Of a DNA stretch of 29,233 bases, positions 17,789 through 27,871 are shown one piece after another. Source of the stretch: Spirulina sp. (GTDB lineage Bacteria > Cyanobacteriota > Cyanobacteriia > Phormidesmidales > Phormidesmidaceae). The number at the start of each line of letters is the position of its first letter. The stretch's first letter is position 1. Position numbers and translations under genes: made by a program. The notes under the pieces were generated by a model. It was not told the DNA's origin and did not search any database. It saw nothing but the letters and a program-made list of their open reading frames with translations. The DNA lies in assembly GCA_044070495.1 (NCBI GenBank), contig JBIPSI010000047.1, positions 1-29,233 on the forward strand, given 5' to 3'.

Positions 17789-18952
17789 ATGGGTCGCGTA
17801 GGGGTCTTACTGCTAAATTTGGGCGGGCCAGAACAGCTAGAGGATGTTCGTCCCTTTTTGTTCAACCTATTCGCCGATCCAGAAATCATTCGGTTGCCCT
17901 TCCCCTGGTTGCAGCGCCCCCTGGCCTGGTTGATTTCCAGCTCCCGCGCCCAAAAGTCCCAGGAAAACTACCAGCAGATTGGCGGTGGTTCGCCCCTGCG
18001 CCGCATCACCGAACAGCAGGCCGATGCCCTCAAAGCCGCCCTAGAAGCCAAGGGCGAAGAGGCCAACATCTACATCGGCATGCGCTACTGGTATCCCTTC
18101 ACCGAAGAAGCCGTGGCCCAAATCAAGCGCGACGGCATCGAGCGCTTGGTGGTGCTGCCCCTGTATCCGCAGTTTTCCATCAGCACCAGCGGATCGAGCT
18201 TCCGCCTGCTAGAGAAAATTTGGACGGAAGACCCCTCCCTCAACCGCATCACCTACACGGTGATCCCCTCCTGGTACGCTCGTCCCGGCTACACCGGAGC
18301 CATGGCCGACCTGATCGCCCAGGAACTCGACAAGCTGGAAAATCCCGACCAGGCCCACATTTTCTTTAGCGCCCACGGTGTCCCGGTCAGCTACGTGGAA
18401 GAAGCGGGCGACCCCTACCAGCGAGAAATTGAGCACTGCACCGAGCTGATCATGCGGTCGCTGAATCGCCCCAACCCACACACCCTGGCCTACCAAAGCC
18501 GCGTTGGCCCAGTGGAATGGCTGCAACCCTACACCGAAGACGCCATCGAAAACCTGGCCCAGCAGGGCGTGAAAGACCTGGTGGTGGTGCCGATTAGCTT
18601 TGTCTCCGAGCACATCGAAACCCTGCAAGAAATCGACATAGAGTACCGCGAAATCGCCGAAGAAGCAGGCATCCACGGCTTCCATCGGGTGCCTGCCCTC
18701 AACACCCACCCCCAGTTCGTCAACGACATGGCGGAGATGGTGGTGGAAGCGCTAGATTCCCCCCGCAAGCTGTTCTCCGATGTGGTGCAGCCGGAAAAAC
18801 GGGTGAAGATCTACCCCCCCGAACGCTCCGCTTGGGGGCTGACTCCCTTTGCGGAAGTGTGGAACGGTCGCCTAGCGATGGTGGGCTTTTTGGCCCTGCT
18901 GCTGGAACTGGTCAGCGGCCATGGCCCCCTGCATTTTGTCGGTATTTTGTAG
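17789..18952 (+). CDS. hemH: Ferrochelatase with C-terminal CAB/HLIP domain
   Basis: [44 protein letters not shown] and C-terminal [10 protein letters not shown] motifs. Confidence 0.97.
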   Translation: MGRVGVLLLNLGGPEQLEDVRPFLFNLFADPEIIRLPFPWLQRPLAWLISSSRAQKSQENYQQIGGGSPLRRITEQQADALKAALEAKGEEANIYIGMRYWYPFTEEAVAQIKRDGIERLVVLPLYPQFSISTSGSSFRLLEKIWTEDPSLNRITYTVIPSWYARPGYTGAMADLIAQELDKLENPDQAHIFFSAHGVPVSYVEEAGDPYQREIEHCTELIMRSLNRPNPHTLAYQSRVGPVEWLQPYTEDAIENLAQQGVKDLVVVPISFVSEHIETLQEIDIEYREIAEEAGIHGFHRVPALNTHPQFVNDMAEMVVEALDSPRKLFSDVVQPEKRVKIYPPERSAWGLTPFAEVWNGRLAMVGFLALLLELVSGHGPLHFVGIL

Positions 18953-19141
18953 GCCACATCTGGGATTGCCCTCCGGGGTATGACAACGGAGTGGGTTGAT
19001 AAACGCGATCAATCGAGGTCTAGGCTAAGAGGCTGTGCCGTCCCTAGGCTGTCTTGGGCATCATGGAGTTGTCTGACCTTACTGTTAACTGATCAGAGTT
19101 AAGCAGGGGTCATCCTTAGAGTGTCACGGACGCTAGAACCC

Positions 19142-20254
19142 ATGAGTCAACCTCCATCCCCAGAATCCCAGCCCGTCCCCTTTGCAGACAAAACCGCCCG
19201 ACTTCAGGCCATTGGCCAACTCATTAAATCCATTACCCCGCTGATTTGGGGAGTGGTGATTTTGGTAGTAGCCGTACCGTTGATCGGGCAACTTTTGATC
19301 CATCAGGCGGTTTCGCCATCGGGGGATAGAGCTGGCAACCCAAAAACTGAAACCATCGTTGTTGCGCCGCCACCGGATTTAAGCCGACTGGATACCGCCC
19401 TAGCCGGGGCGATGCGGGAAGCCCATCAAACGGCAGAAAGCTTTGCCCAGGAGGGTTTGACCGACTGGCATCGGGAGCTAGAGCCGCGCTTGGAGGGCTT
19501 CCTGGATTGGTATTTTGACTACTTCAACCAAAAGGGCTTGGAGCTGCGAGTGCCGCTGATCTGGGCCTCTTCCGCCGCGATCCATGCTGTCAAGCCTGAC
19601 CAACCCGCAGGGAATGACGCCGTTGTTGAGCAGTTGACGGAGCGGCTTCAGCGGGAATTTTCTAAGCGGGTGCTGGTGCCCAGAACGGCGCAGATGAAGC
19701 TGGAAAATATTACCCAAGCCACGGTAGACCTGTACCTAACCGAGGTGAGCCGCAATGTGGCCCTGGTGCAGCAGCGCTATCAGATTCCCCAGGGCGACTG
19801 GGATCGCTACCTCAATGATGTGGCCACCACCGTGGCCGATACCGAGGGCAATCTTTCCAGCCTGTCGCTGAAGCTGGTGGCGGGCGGGGGCAGCTACCTG
19901 TTGGCCAAGCCGCTGATTGCCCTGTCTATGGCTAAGTTGGGCAGCAAGCTGAGCGCTAAGTTTGCCGGGTCGGCCCTGGCTAAGGTGGCGGCTAAAACGG
20001 GGGGCACCGTGGCGGCGGAACTGGGCAGTTCTCTCCTAGACCCCATTGCCGGGGTGGCGATTTTGCTGTGGGATGTGTGGGACTATCGCCATACGGTGAC
20101 GGTGGATCGGCCCCTGCTGCGAGACACCCTGTTGGCTTACCTTAGCGATATGGAAACGGCCCTGCTCAAAAATCCTGAGACGGGTATTATGTCGTCGATT
20201 TATCAACTGGAGGGGGGCTTGCTTCAGTCCTTAGAACAGCATTCGCGGGCCTAG
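19142..20254 (+). CDS. Hypothetical membrane-anchored helical protein
   Basis: Long ORF with an N-terminal TM segment and a C-terminal Ala/Gly-rich hydrophobic region; start 19121 or 19142. Confidence 0.75.
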   Translation: MSQPPSPESQPVPFADKTARLQAIGQLIKSITPLIWGVVILVVAVPLIGQLLIHQAVSPSGDRAGNPKTETIVVAPPPDLSRLDTALAGAMREAHQTAESFAQEGLTDWHRELEPRLEGFLDWYFDYFNQKGLELRVPLIWASSAAIHAVKPDQPAGNDAVVEQLTERLQREFSKRVLVPRTAQMKLENITQATVDLYLTEVSRNVALVQQRYQIPQGDWDRYLNDVATTVADTEGNLSSLSLKLVAGGGSYLLAKPLIALSMAKLGSKLSAKFAGSALAKVAAKTGGTVAAELGSSLLDPIAGVAILLWDVWDYRHTVTVDRPLLRDTLLAYLSDMETALLKNPETGIMSSIYQLEGGLLQSLEQHSRA

Positions 20255-20817
20255 GGCCGTTTAGACGACCAGTTTTTCCAGACGTAGGAGGTGCGAATCA
20301 CCAGCCACAGCAGCAACAGGGCAATGATTCCGCCTTGGCGAGGAGCATCGAAGGTGAGGAAAGCCAGCATTACGCACAGCCCATCAATCACAAAAAACAG
20401 CCAGCCCGGAGGCCGTTTGGGACGATAGAACCAGCCCACCTGCAACAGTTGAATGGCCAAGGCTAGCAGGGCACTTACCCCCGTTGCGATCACGCTAATC
20501 CAAGGGGATACACCGAGGGTGCGGGCCACGGCAATGGCAGCGAGGGCGGCGACCCCAGGGCTGAGGATGAGTTCGGCAATTTGGAAGACGCGCTGGTTGT
20601 AGCTGTCCTTAGAAAGCATCAACTCCGCCGTTGACCAACTCACAAGCAGCCCAATGCAGAGGGCGGGGGGCAACTGCGACAACAGGGGCACATTCGACCA
20701 CAGCTTTTCCCCAGACATTAGCCCAATCACCAGCAGCGGCAGGGCCACCCGTAGCCCCGTCGCCGCCGCAATCGATAAAATTGCCAGAATTTCAGTGATG
20801 ATCACAGTGATCTCCAT
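20251..20817 (-). CDS. DUF4126-like membrane protein
   Basis: AAATGLRVALPLL N-terminal motif and multiple TM helices. Confidence 0.8.
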   Translation of the reverse strand: MEITVIITEILAILSIAAATGLRVALPLLVIGLMSGEKLWSNVPLLSQLPPALCIGLLVSWSTAELMLSKDSYNQRVFQIAELILSPGVAALAAIAVARTLGVSPWISVIATGVSALLALAIQLLQVGWFYRPKRPPGWLFFVIDGLCVMLAFLTFDAPRQGGIIALLLLWLVIRTSYVWKNWSSKRP

Positions 20818-20868
20818 CCGTAGCACCCACGTTTACTATGACCTGGAAACGCGGAGAATAGCTAGGGC

Positions 20869-21945
20869 CTATTGACCCAGAGCGTTGGAGAGATAGTCAG
20901 CGGTAGCCTGCACCACGGCCACGGCATTTTCGTAGACCATGCGAGTTGGCCCCAACACGCCCACGGTGCCCAGGGAGGTCTCCTGCTTGGCATAGTTGGA
21001 GACCACTAGGGCGCAACCCTGCATCGGCTCGATGGGGTTTTCCGAGCCAATCCAAACCCGCACGTTGGAGGCGAGGGCGGCGGGAGGTTGGGAGAAGAAC
21101 AGCGGCCACAGTTGGGATTGCTCTTCTTCGAGTAGACGCACAATGGCTTGGATGCGCTGGGCATCGGCAAATTCGGGCTGGCGCAGCACCTCCGCCAAGC
21201 CACTCACCACAAGCTGGGTGGTGCCCGTGGTTTGGGAACGCTGGGCCAGATCGAGCAACGCCTGTTCTAGGGTGGCCCCATAGCGTTGAAAGTCGTGGTC
21301 GAGGTGGCTCCAGTCTAGGCCCGCCACATCCGCCAGGGGACGCCCCCGCAGGTGTTGGGTGAGAAAGTTGGAGAGAATGTCCATCTCGCGCCGACTGGCA
21401 TCTTCCCCTAGGGCTGAGGTGATCGCCGCTGGCAGTTGTAGCACCACAGACTGGGTGGTTAGGGAATCGAGCAAGACCAACAGCAGCACCTTGCCCACGT
21501 CCACCTGCACCAGTTGGATGTGGCGAATCAGGGCGGCGCTGGCCTGGGGCACCGTGATCAGAGCCAAATAGCCGCTCACCTGGGCCAAAATCTGGGTGGC
21601 TTCTTTCAAGAGGGCTTCCAGGCTCCATCCGGCCCAGCCCAGTTCCTCAGACAGCAGCGCATCCACCTTTTGCCCCAACGTCCCGGCTGGCCGCATCAGA
21701 CGATCCACGTAGAGCCGATAGCCAAAGTCGGAGGGCACTCGCCCTGCTGAGGTGTGGGGCTGGTAGAGCAGGCCGTATTTTTCGAGCCGACCCATGGTGT
21801 TGCGCACCGTAGCCGCACTGACCTTGAGGTTATATTCCTGCACAATGGCCCGCGATCCCACGGGTTCTGCCGTGGCGATGTAGTGGCGCACCGTGGCCTG
21901 AAGCACCTGCTCGTGGCGACTAGTTAACGGAAGAGCGGCGTCCAT
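20869..21945 (-). CDS. hrcA: Heat-inducible transcription repressor HrcA
   Basis: YIATAEPVGS, SAATVRN, QPHTSAGRVPS, GYRLYVD and GVLGPTRM motifs. Confidence 0.96.
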   Translation of the reverse strand: MDAALPLTSRHEQVLQATVRHYIATAEPVGSRAIVQEYNLKVSAATVRNTMGRLEKYGLLYQPHTSAGRVPSDFGYRLYVDRLMRPAGTLGQKVDALLSEELGWAGWSLEALLKEATQILAQVSGYLALITVPQASAALIRHIQLVQVDVGKVLLLVLLDSLTTQSVVLQLPAAITSALGEDASRREMDILSNFLTQHLRGRPLADVAGLDWSHLDHDFQRYGATLEQALLDLAQRSQTTGTTQLVVSGLAEVLRQPEFADAQRIQAIVRLLEEEQSQLWPLFFSQPPAALASNVRVWIGSENPIEPMQGCALVVSNYAKQETSLGTVGVLGPTRMVYENAVAVVQATADYLSNALGQ

Positions 21946-22044
21946 AGGGGGCGGTGATTAAACGACTCAACAGGGCCTTTGCCTTACCATAGCAGATGCG
22001 TCCAAGAAGCTGGTATCGAATGCGACCCGATGCGAGGGCAATGC

Positions 22045-22530
22045 CTAGGAGTCTGAGCTTTGGGTGAAGAACTCGCCCACCTTGAAGCTGGCGGTGTCCT
22101 CTAGTTGCTTTAGCACCGAGCGGGTAATCAGTTTGCCCGTTTCCACCAGCACTTCCCCGGTAATGGGGTGCAGCAGGTCTTGTTCTGCTCGCCGACCAAT
22201 CAGCGCTTCGATATCTTGGAGAGAGTTGACGTACATACCGGGGGGCAGTTCCACCACCACCCCGTTACCAATCACGCGGGACTGGCAGGCGAGGCGCGAG
22301 TTGGGTTTGCAGGAGGTAATCACCTCTAGGGTGCGCTGCTCACGGCGGTTGATGGGCGTAAGGGCTTCCATCCCCGACTGCACATAGATGTGGCAGGTGG
22401 CACACATGCCGCGTCCACCGCATTCTTTAAGAACATCAAGCTCCTTATTCAAGAGCACCGAGAGCAGGTTGCTGTTGGTTTCGATGGACGTTTCTTGGGC
22501 AATGGGCTCTAGGCGAACGGTTTTAACCAT
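22045..22530 (-). CDS. 2Fe-2S ferredoxin with C-terminal extension (Slr0148/Fed5-like)
   Basis: CGGRGMCATCH and RLACQ cluster ligands plus a ~60-aa extension. Confidence 0.85.
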   Translation of the reverse strand: MVKTVRLEPIAQETSIETNSNLLSVLLNKELDVLKECGGRGMCATCHIYVQSGMEALTPINRREQRTLEVITSCKPNSRLACQSRVIGNGVVVELPPGMYVNSLQDIEALIGRRAEQDLLHPITGEVLVETGKLITRSVLKQLEDTASFKVGEFFTQSSDS

Positions 22531-22607
22531 GGGGATTGCTTCACTCCAGAAGGGAACGAAAGACCTGCTAAGGGGGCTACTTTACGATACTGCAAGGATT
22601 CAGAATC

Positions 22608-22673
22608 TTTCCAGAGCAATTTTTCCAGGACAATTAAAGTTTTTCCAGGACAATTTTTCCAGGACAATTAAAG
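22608..22673. repeat. Four TTTCCAGGACAAT-like units arranged as a duplicated 32-bp block
   Basis: 22608-22639 and 22642-22673 differ only by AG/GA. Confidence 0.8.
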
Positions 22674-22742
22674 ACGGATCAATCCGTTGATCGAGGGTTA
22701 GGGTAGCGGTCTCCCGTTGCCAGAGGATAGACCCGGTCAACG

Positions 22743-23576
22743 CTAGGCGTCGGCGTTGTCCACCAGCAGAGTGACCTCCTGGGGAGAGAGCACCCCATCG
22801 CCGATGATGCCTTTAAAGCTGCGAATGGTTCGACTCCCCCGATCAATGAAGGCTTTTACCCAGTCGCGTACCCACTGCTGCTGTTCCGGGGTCACGGGCT
22901 CGGCGGCGTTGGGTAGGCTGAAATGACCATCCTTGCTGATCTCAAACTGGGTGAGCCAAGGTTGGTCAGGGCGAGACTGCTTCCAGGCATTGGCCACAAT
23001 AATTTTGCCGAGGTATTGGGTAGCCCCATCGCTCAGGTGGTTGAGGGCGGCAATCAGGTCATTGCCACTCACCACGCGACTCCCAGCCGCCGAGTTCCCA
23101 ACCACCGAGTTCCCATCCGCCGAGGGGGCACGGGTTCCTGGAGCAATCGGCGCAGCGGCGGGGGCACTGGCGGCGGGCGGATTCATCGACGCACTGCTGA
23201 GGGTAACGCACCCCGCTAGCAGTCGGAAGGTGGAAACGACATTGTGGGGCTCCTCCATCAGGGTATCGGTGAGCTGGTGGATGGCGGATCGGTAGGCGCT
23301 AAGGGGCATCTGATCCGCCATCAACACCATCAAAATGAGGCCCTGGTCAAGCTTATAGATGTGGACAAACTGATGGGTGAAGCGGAAGGAAAAACTATCG
23401 AACCCCTTCGGAATCGTTTCAATCACCTGTTGAATTCCCTGGGCCAAGGCATCTTGCTGACTCGTATTAAGCTGAATGTCCGGGCCGAGAAAAAACGGAC
23501 GATTGCGACCGTCTATCAGGCCAACCCCTGACAGTCCGGGTAAATTCAGGAAGTTCTGAATAACCTGACGTTTCAT
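22743..23576 (-). CDS. Hypothetical two-domain protein (possible roadblock-like N-terminal domain)
   Basis: FLNLPGLSGVGLIDG start, Ala/Pro linker, helical C-terminal domain; upstream of the ferredoxin on the same strand. Confidence 0.75.
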   Translation of the reverse strand: MKRQVIQNFLNLPGLSGVGLIDGRNRPFFLGPDIQLNTSQQDALAQGIQQVIETIPKGFDSFSFRFTHQFVHIYKLDQGLILMVLMADQMPLSAYRSAIHQLTDTLMEEPHNVVSTFRLLAGCVTLSSASMNPPAASAPAAAPIAPGTRAPSADGNSVVGNSAAGSRVVSGNDLIAALNHLSDGATQYLGKIIVANAWKQSRPDQPWLTQFEISKDGHFSLPNAAEPVTPEQQQWVRDWVKAFIDRGSRTIRSFKGIIGDGVLSPQEVTLLVDNADA

Positions 23577-23773
23577 AAATCCTTGTGGGCTATCCTGCCT
23601 TTTTTTTTCTGGGAGTGTCCCGAAACAAGTAATCTAGGGATGGCAGCCTGATCGACTGAGCCATTTCCCCTAGGCTCCGTTCATCCTGGTGGACTTGCCT
23701 CACTGCCCTGCCCCCTGTACCACCCTGTCTGTTCCTTGGCTGTTCAGCACTACTGATGTTAGGGTCACTGTCC

Positions 23774-24799
23774 ATGTCTGACCTTCCTTTTACCCTCGAC
23801 CAACTGCGTATCCTCAAAGCCATTGCGGCCAAGGGCAGTTTTAAGCGGGCTGCGGATAGCCTCTACGTGTCCCAGCCAGCGGTTAGCTTGCAGGTGCAAA
23901 ACCTAGAGCGCCAGCTCGATGTTCCCCTGTTTGATCGGGGCGGACGGCGGGCTCAGCTCACCGAGGCGGGGCACTTACTGCTCAGCTATGGCGACCGTAT
24001 TCTTAGCCTATGCCAAGAAACCTGCCGGGCGATTGAAGATTTACAAAATCTACAGGGGGGCACCCTGATTATCGGAGCCAGCCAAACCACGGGCACGTAC
24101 CTCTTGCCCCGCATGATTGGCATGTTTCGCCAGAAGTATGCCGATGTGGCGGTACAACTCCATGTCCATTCCACCCGCCGCACCTCCTGGAGTGTGGCCA
24201 ACGGTCAAATTGACCTCGCCATTATTGGCGGTGAAGTTCCTCCCGAATTACAAGACTCTTTAGAAAGAGTGCCCTATGCGGAGGACGAACTCGCACTGAT
24301 CATGCCGATGTATCATCCCTTGGCCAGCCAAGACCTAATTCAGCGGGAAGATCTTTACAAACTTCACTTCATTGCCCTCGATTCCCAGTCCACCATTCGG
24401 AAAGTGATCGATCAGGTGCTCACCCGCTGCGGCATCGAAACCCGCCGCCTCAAGATTGAAATGGAGCTAAATTCCATTGAGGCGATTAAAACCGCTGTGC
24501 AGTCTGGGCTAGGGGTGGCTTTTGTGTCGAACTCCGCCATTGAGAAGGAACTGCAAATGGGCGTCCTCCATCGGGCCAAGATTGACTCGGTGGTGGTCAA
24601 CCGCACCCTGTCGGTGATTTTTAACCCCAACCGCTACCGTTCTAAAGCCGCCGCCGCCTTTACCGAAGAAATCCTGCCTCAGTTCACCAACCTGCCCCTC
24701 AACTTCAAAGCCATCGGTGCCGAGAAAAATGGCACCAAAGCCATGACCCTCGGCGATCTCTGCGATGAGAGCACCCCTAGCCCATCGCCCTCAACCTAG
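23774..24799 (+). CDS. rbcR: LysR-family regulator RbcR/Ycf30
   Basis: [46 protein letters not shown] and NPNRYRSKA are characteristic of Ycf30/RbcR. Confidence 0.9.
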   Translation: MSDLPFTLDQLRILKAIAAKGSFKRAADSLYVSQPAVSLQVQNLERQLDVPLFDRGGRRAQLTEAGHLLLSYGDRILSLCQETCRAIEDLQNLQGGTLIIGASQTTGTYLLPRMIGMFRQKYADVAVQLHVHSTRRTSWSVANGQIDLAIIGGEVPPELQDSLERVPYAEDELALIMPMYHPLASQDLIQREDLYKLHFIALDSQSTIRKVIDQVLTRCGIETRRLKIEMELNSIEAIKTAVQSGLGVAFVSNSAIEKELQMGVLHRAKIDSVVVNRTLSVIFNPNRYRSKAAAAFTEEILPQFTNLPLNFKAIGAEKNGTKAMTLGDLCDESTPSPSPST

Positions 24800-24911
24800 G
24801 GGGTTAGCCTCGATATCGCCTAGGAAATCCCCGTCCGACCAAGACCCCTGTTAATCTATAGCCATCTCGTTTGGTTGCCGCGTCTCCCATACTCTCGCCG
24901 GGCGTTTTCCT

Positions 24912-27197
24912 GTGGAATACTTTTCGGGTCTGCTTGATACCTCATCGGTGGCGCTGCCGCCGGAATATCTTCAATTGGCAGAGGTTCTGGCCCAACAAGA
25001 CCATGGCCGCTGGGGTAATGCGCTGTTGCAGTTGGGCTGGAAGTATGGCCCTCGGTTTGATCCGGTGCGGCAAACCCATCCCCACTTGGTGATCTTTGAA
25101 TCCTTACCGGAGGAGGTGAAGGCGAATAAACGGCGGACGTTTCTAGACAATTTTAAGGTAGTGCTGGCGATGGGCTATCGGCTGGCCACTCACCCCCCTG
25201 CCGAGGATCTGGATCCAGGGGCCAATACCACCCCCAGCCCCCCCTTGCAGGTGCCGCAGCCAGCGGGGGAAAACAGCCCCGCCAATATTCGATTGGCTTC
25301 TCTGGTGGCGTTGCGCAATGAACTGATTACCCTCCAGCCCACCACCCCCGACCTCCACACCGCCCTAGGGGATATGCTGCTTCAGCAGGGGCAGCCGATT
25401 TTAGCCTACGACGTGCTGATGGCAGGGCTGCATCGCTGGCCAGATTATCTGCGGTTGCAGCAGCTTTTGGCCTTGGCCCTAGCCCGCAGTGGGGCCACCC
25501 AGGCCGCCAACCAACTGCTGGCGGAGTTGATTCAATCGGGGCAACGGGACGAGCAAACCCTAGGGCTCTATGCCCGTACCCACAAGGATTTGTGGAAGCA
25601 GACCCGGGATGAGGGACAGCGATCACGGCATTTGACCCTGGCGTTTCAGCAGTACCTAGAAGCCTATCGCCACAGCCGCAGCCTTTGGACGGGGATCAAT
25701 GCGGCCACCATGGCTGTCATGGTGGGTGATCTGCCGTTGGCCCAGAGCCTCGCCGAGGAGGTGCGCCAGGAAAGCCTTGCGGCCCTAACCGATGAGGCCA
25801 TCCACGGCCAGGATCCCTACTGGGTGCTGGCCACCCTAGGGGAGGCAGAACTGATTTTGAACCATTGGGATGCCGCTGCCCAGTACTACACCCAAGCCGC
25901 CCAGTTGGGGGCTAATCGCTACGGCGATCTGAGTTCTAGCTATCGCAATGCGGCCCTGCTGATGCGCCACTTTCACCAAGAGGTGGAGACCCTCAACCAG
26001 TGGTTTTCCTTGCCACGGGTGGCGGTCTTTTGCGGCCATCGGGTCGATCAGCCTAACCGATCTATTCCCCGTTTTCCAGCGATGCTCGAACAGCCCGTCT
26101 ACGAGGCTATCCACCAACGGCTGAAGGCGCTGGGTACCTACGTGGGCTTTGCCTCGGCGGCGTCGGGGGGCGATATTTTGTTTTTAGAAGCCCTGCTGGA
26201 CTTGGGGGGCGAGCTAAACATCGTACTGCCCTACAACCGGGAGCAGTTTGTGGTCGATGCGGTGCAAGATCAGCCCTCCGATCAGGCCACGGATGACTGG
26301 CTGACTCGCTTTAATCGGGTGCTGTCCCATGCGCGGGAGGTGATCATCGCCTCCGACCACAAACCCAAGGACGACGCCATTTCCTACGAATATTCCAACC
26401 GCCTGCTCCACGGGCTGGCCAGTATGCGCGCCCAGCAGTTGCAAACCACCCTCGTGCCCATTGCGGTGTGGGATGGCCAGCCAGGAGATGGCCACGGCGG
26501 CACCGCCCACACGGTGTCCTACTGGCGGCAGTGGAACGACCATGTCGATATTGTGGATCTAGAACCCCTACTCACCCAGCATTGCCCGGATCTGAACCGC
26601 CAGCGCCAGGATCGCCTGCGGCAGACCCCTAACCTTATCCTCGATCCCCCCGATGCCGATGCCCAGCGGGATATCTGCGCCCTACTCTTCGCCGATGTGG
26701 TGCATTTCACAGATTTGAAAGAGGATCAGATTTTGCAGTTCTCCCAAAAGTTTCTGGGAGCGATTGCCGAGCTTTCCGACCCCCTGGCGCATCCGCCACT
26801 GATGAAAAACACCTGGGGCGACGCGCTCTACTACGTGTTTGCCACCGTGGAACAGGCGGGCACCTTTGCCCTAGATCTGTGCGACCTGATGCAAACCACC
26901 CAGTGGGAGCGCTATCACCTGCCAGCGGACATGAACCTTCGCATCGCCCTTCATGCTGGCCCGGTTTACCGCAATGTGGATCCCATTACGGGCCGGGTGA
27001 ACTATGTGGGCAACCACGTTAACCACGCGGCCCGCATCGAACCGATTACCCCCCCTGGCCGTGTCTATGCCAGCCAAGCCTTTGCCGCCATGGCCGCCTC
27101 GGAGAAGGTGCAGTCCTTCACCTGCGACTATGTGGGCCAAGTCCTCTGGGCCAAGCATTACGGATCCTTCCCCACCTACCATGTCCATCGGGTTTAG
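24912..27197 (+). CDS. Multidomain protein: RyR domain, TPR-sensor (MAP3K TRAF-binding-like), SLOG-like domain, class III nucleotide cyclase
   Basis: RyR: LAQQDHGRW...GWKYG...THPHLV..ESLPEEVK...GY. TPR-S: TLGLYARTHKDLW, TGINAAT, YWVLATLGEA. SLOG: FCGHR, ASGGDILF, VWDG...GGTA. Cyclase: LFADVVHFT, TWGDA, LRIALHAGPV, GNHVNHAARIE. Confidence 0.85.
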   Translation: MEYFSGLLDTSSVALPPEYLQLAEVLAQQDHGRWGNALLQLGWKYGPRFDPVRQTHPHLVIFESLPEEVKANKRRTFLDNFKVVLAMGYRLATHPPAEDLDPGANTTPSPPLQVPQPAGENSPANIRLASLVALRNELITLQPTTPDLHTALGDMLLQQGQPILAYDVLMAGLHRWPDYLRLQQLLALALARSGATQAANQLLAELIQSGQRDEQTLGLYARTHKDLWKQTRDEGQRSRHLTLAFQQYLEAYRHSRSLWTGINAATMAVMVGDLPLAQSLAEEVRQESLAALTDEAIHGQDPYWVLATLGEAELILNHWDAAAQYYTQAAQLGANRYGDLSSSYRNAALLMRHFHQEVETLNQWFSLPRVAVFCGHRVDQPNRSIPRFPAMLEQPVYEAIHQRLKALGTYVGFASAASGGDILFLEALLDLGGELNIVLPYNREQFVVDAVQDQPSDQATDDWLTRFNRVLSHAREVIIASDHKPKDDAISYEYSNRLLHGLASMRAQQLQTTLVPIAVWDGQPGDGHGGTAHTVSYWRQWNDHVDIVDLEPLLTQHCPDLNRQRQDRLRQTPNLILDPPDADAQRDICALLFADVVHFTDLKEDQILQFSQKFLGAIAELSDPLAHPPLMKNTWGDALYYVFATVEQAGTFALDLCDLMQTTQWERYHLPADMNLRIALHAGPVYRNVDPITGRVNYVGNHVNHAARIEPITPPGRVYASQAFAAMAASEKVQSFTCDYVGQVLWAKHYGSFPTYHVHRV

Positions 27198-27410
27198 GGC
27201 ACCCTAGGTCAGCGGTGTCTTGCCAGCGGCGCATTCATCGCCGGACTAAGGGCTTAGGGAGGGCTTCTCCTAGGCCACACCCAAGGCGGATATGACGTTC
27301 TGCTGCCATCCCCACATAAACCTTCACCGAGGGGCGTAGAATACATAGGGCAGCTTGCCCCAAGGCCTAATTTGGGGCGTATTTATCCTGTTTTGAGAGA
27401 CGTAGAAACC

Positions 27411-27866
27411 ATGATTATGGGACGGTTTAGACCCCTGCTCGGAATTCTGCTCGCTGTGATTGCCACCACGCTGGTGGCCTGTGGCGGTGGCCCTGCCAGC
27501 AAAGCACCCACCACCTATACCCCGGCGGTGCTGCAACAGGTAGAACTCTACAGCCCTGGGGTGGCCACCCTGCGGGATCGCTTCCCCGAACTTGAGGGCT
27601 ATATTCAAAAGCAAGATTGGGTGAATGTCCAGAGCTTTATCCATGGCCCCATGGGCGAACTGCGCGCCCGCGCCAACCGCTTGGCTGCGACCCTGCTGCC
27701 CAAAGATAAGGAACAGGCCCAGGCCCTTGCCCAGGAACTTTATGTTCACCTAGAGCGCCTGGACGAAGCAGCAGCCAACCGTCAGCAGGTGGTGGCGGGC
27801 CAAGAGTACCGCAATGCCCTGGATGACTTCGATAGCTTCCTGAGCCTAGTGCCCACTTTCCAGTAG
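27411..27866 (+). CDS. psbQ: Photosystem II lipoprotein PsbQ (CyanoQ)
   Basis: Lipobox LVAC; W.NVQSFIHGPMGELR motif; ATG 27411 or 27417. Confidence 0.9.
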   Translation: MIMGRFRPLLGILLAVIATTLVACGGGPASKAPTTYTPAVLQQVELYSPGVATLRDRFPELEGYIQKQDWVNVQSFIHGPMGELRARANRLAATLLPKDKEQAQALAQELYVHLERLDEAAANRQQVVAGQEYRNALDDFDSFLSLVPTFQ

Positions 27867-27871
27867 ATGCT

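Noticed and set aside
18820..18952. HLIP-like tail on ferrochelatase as a novel fusion
   Set aside because: Well-known CAB domain of cyanobacterial and plastid type II ferrochelatases
20251..20254. Convergent genes sharing a CTAG that provides both stop codons
   Set aside because: Real but a common compact arrangement
21946..22140. CIRCE element near hrcA
   Set aside because: Only a partial TTAGCAC inside the ferredoxin CDS; no TTAGCACTC-N9-GAGTGCTAA
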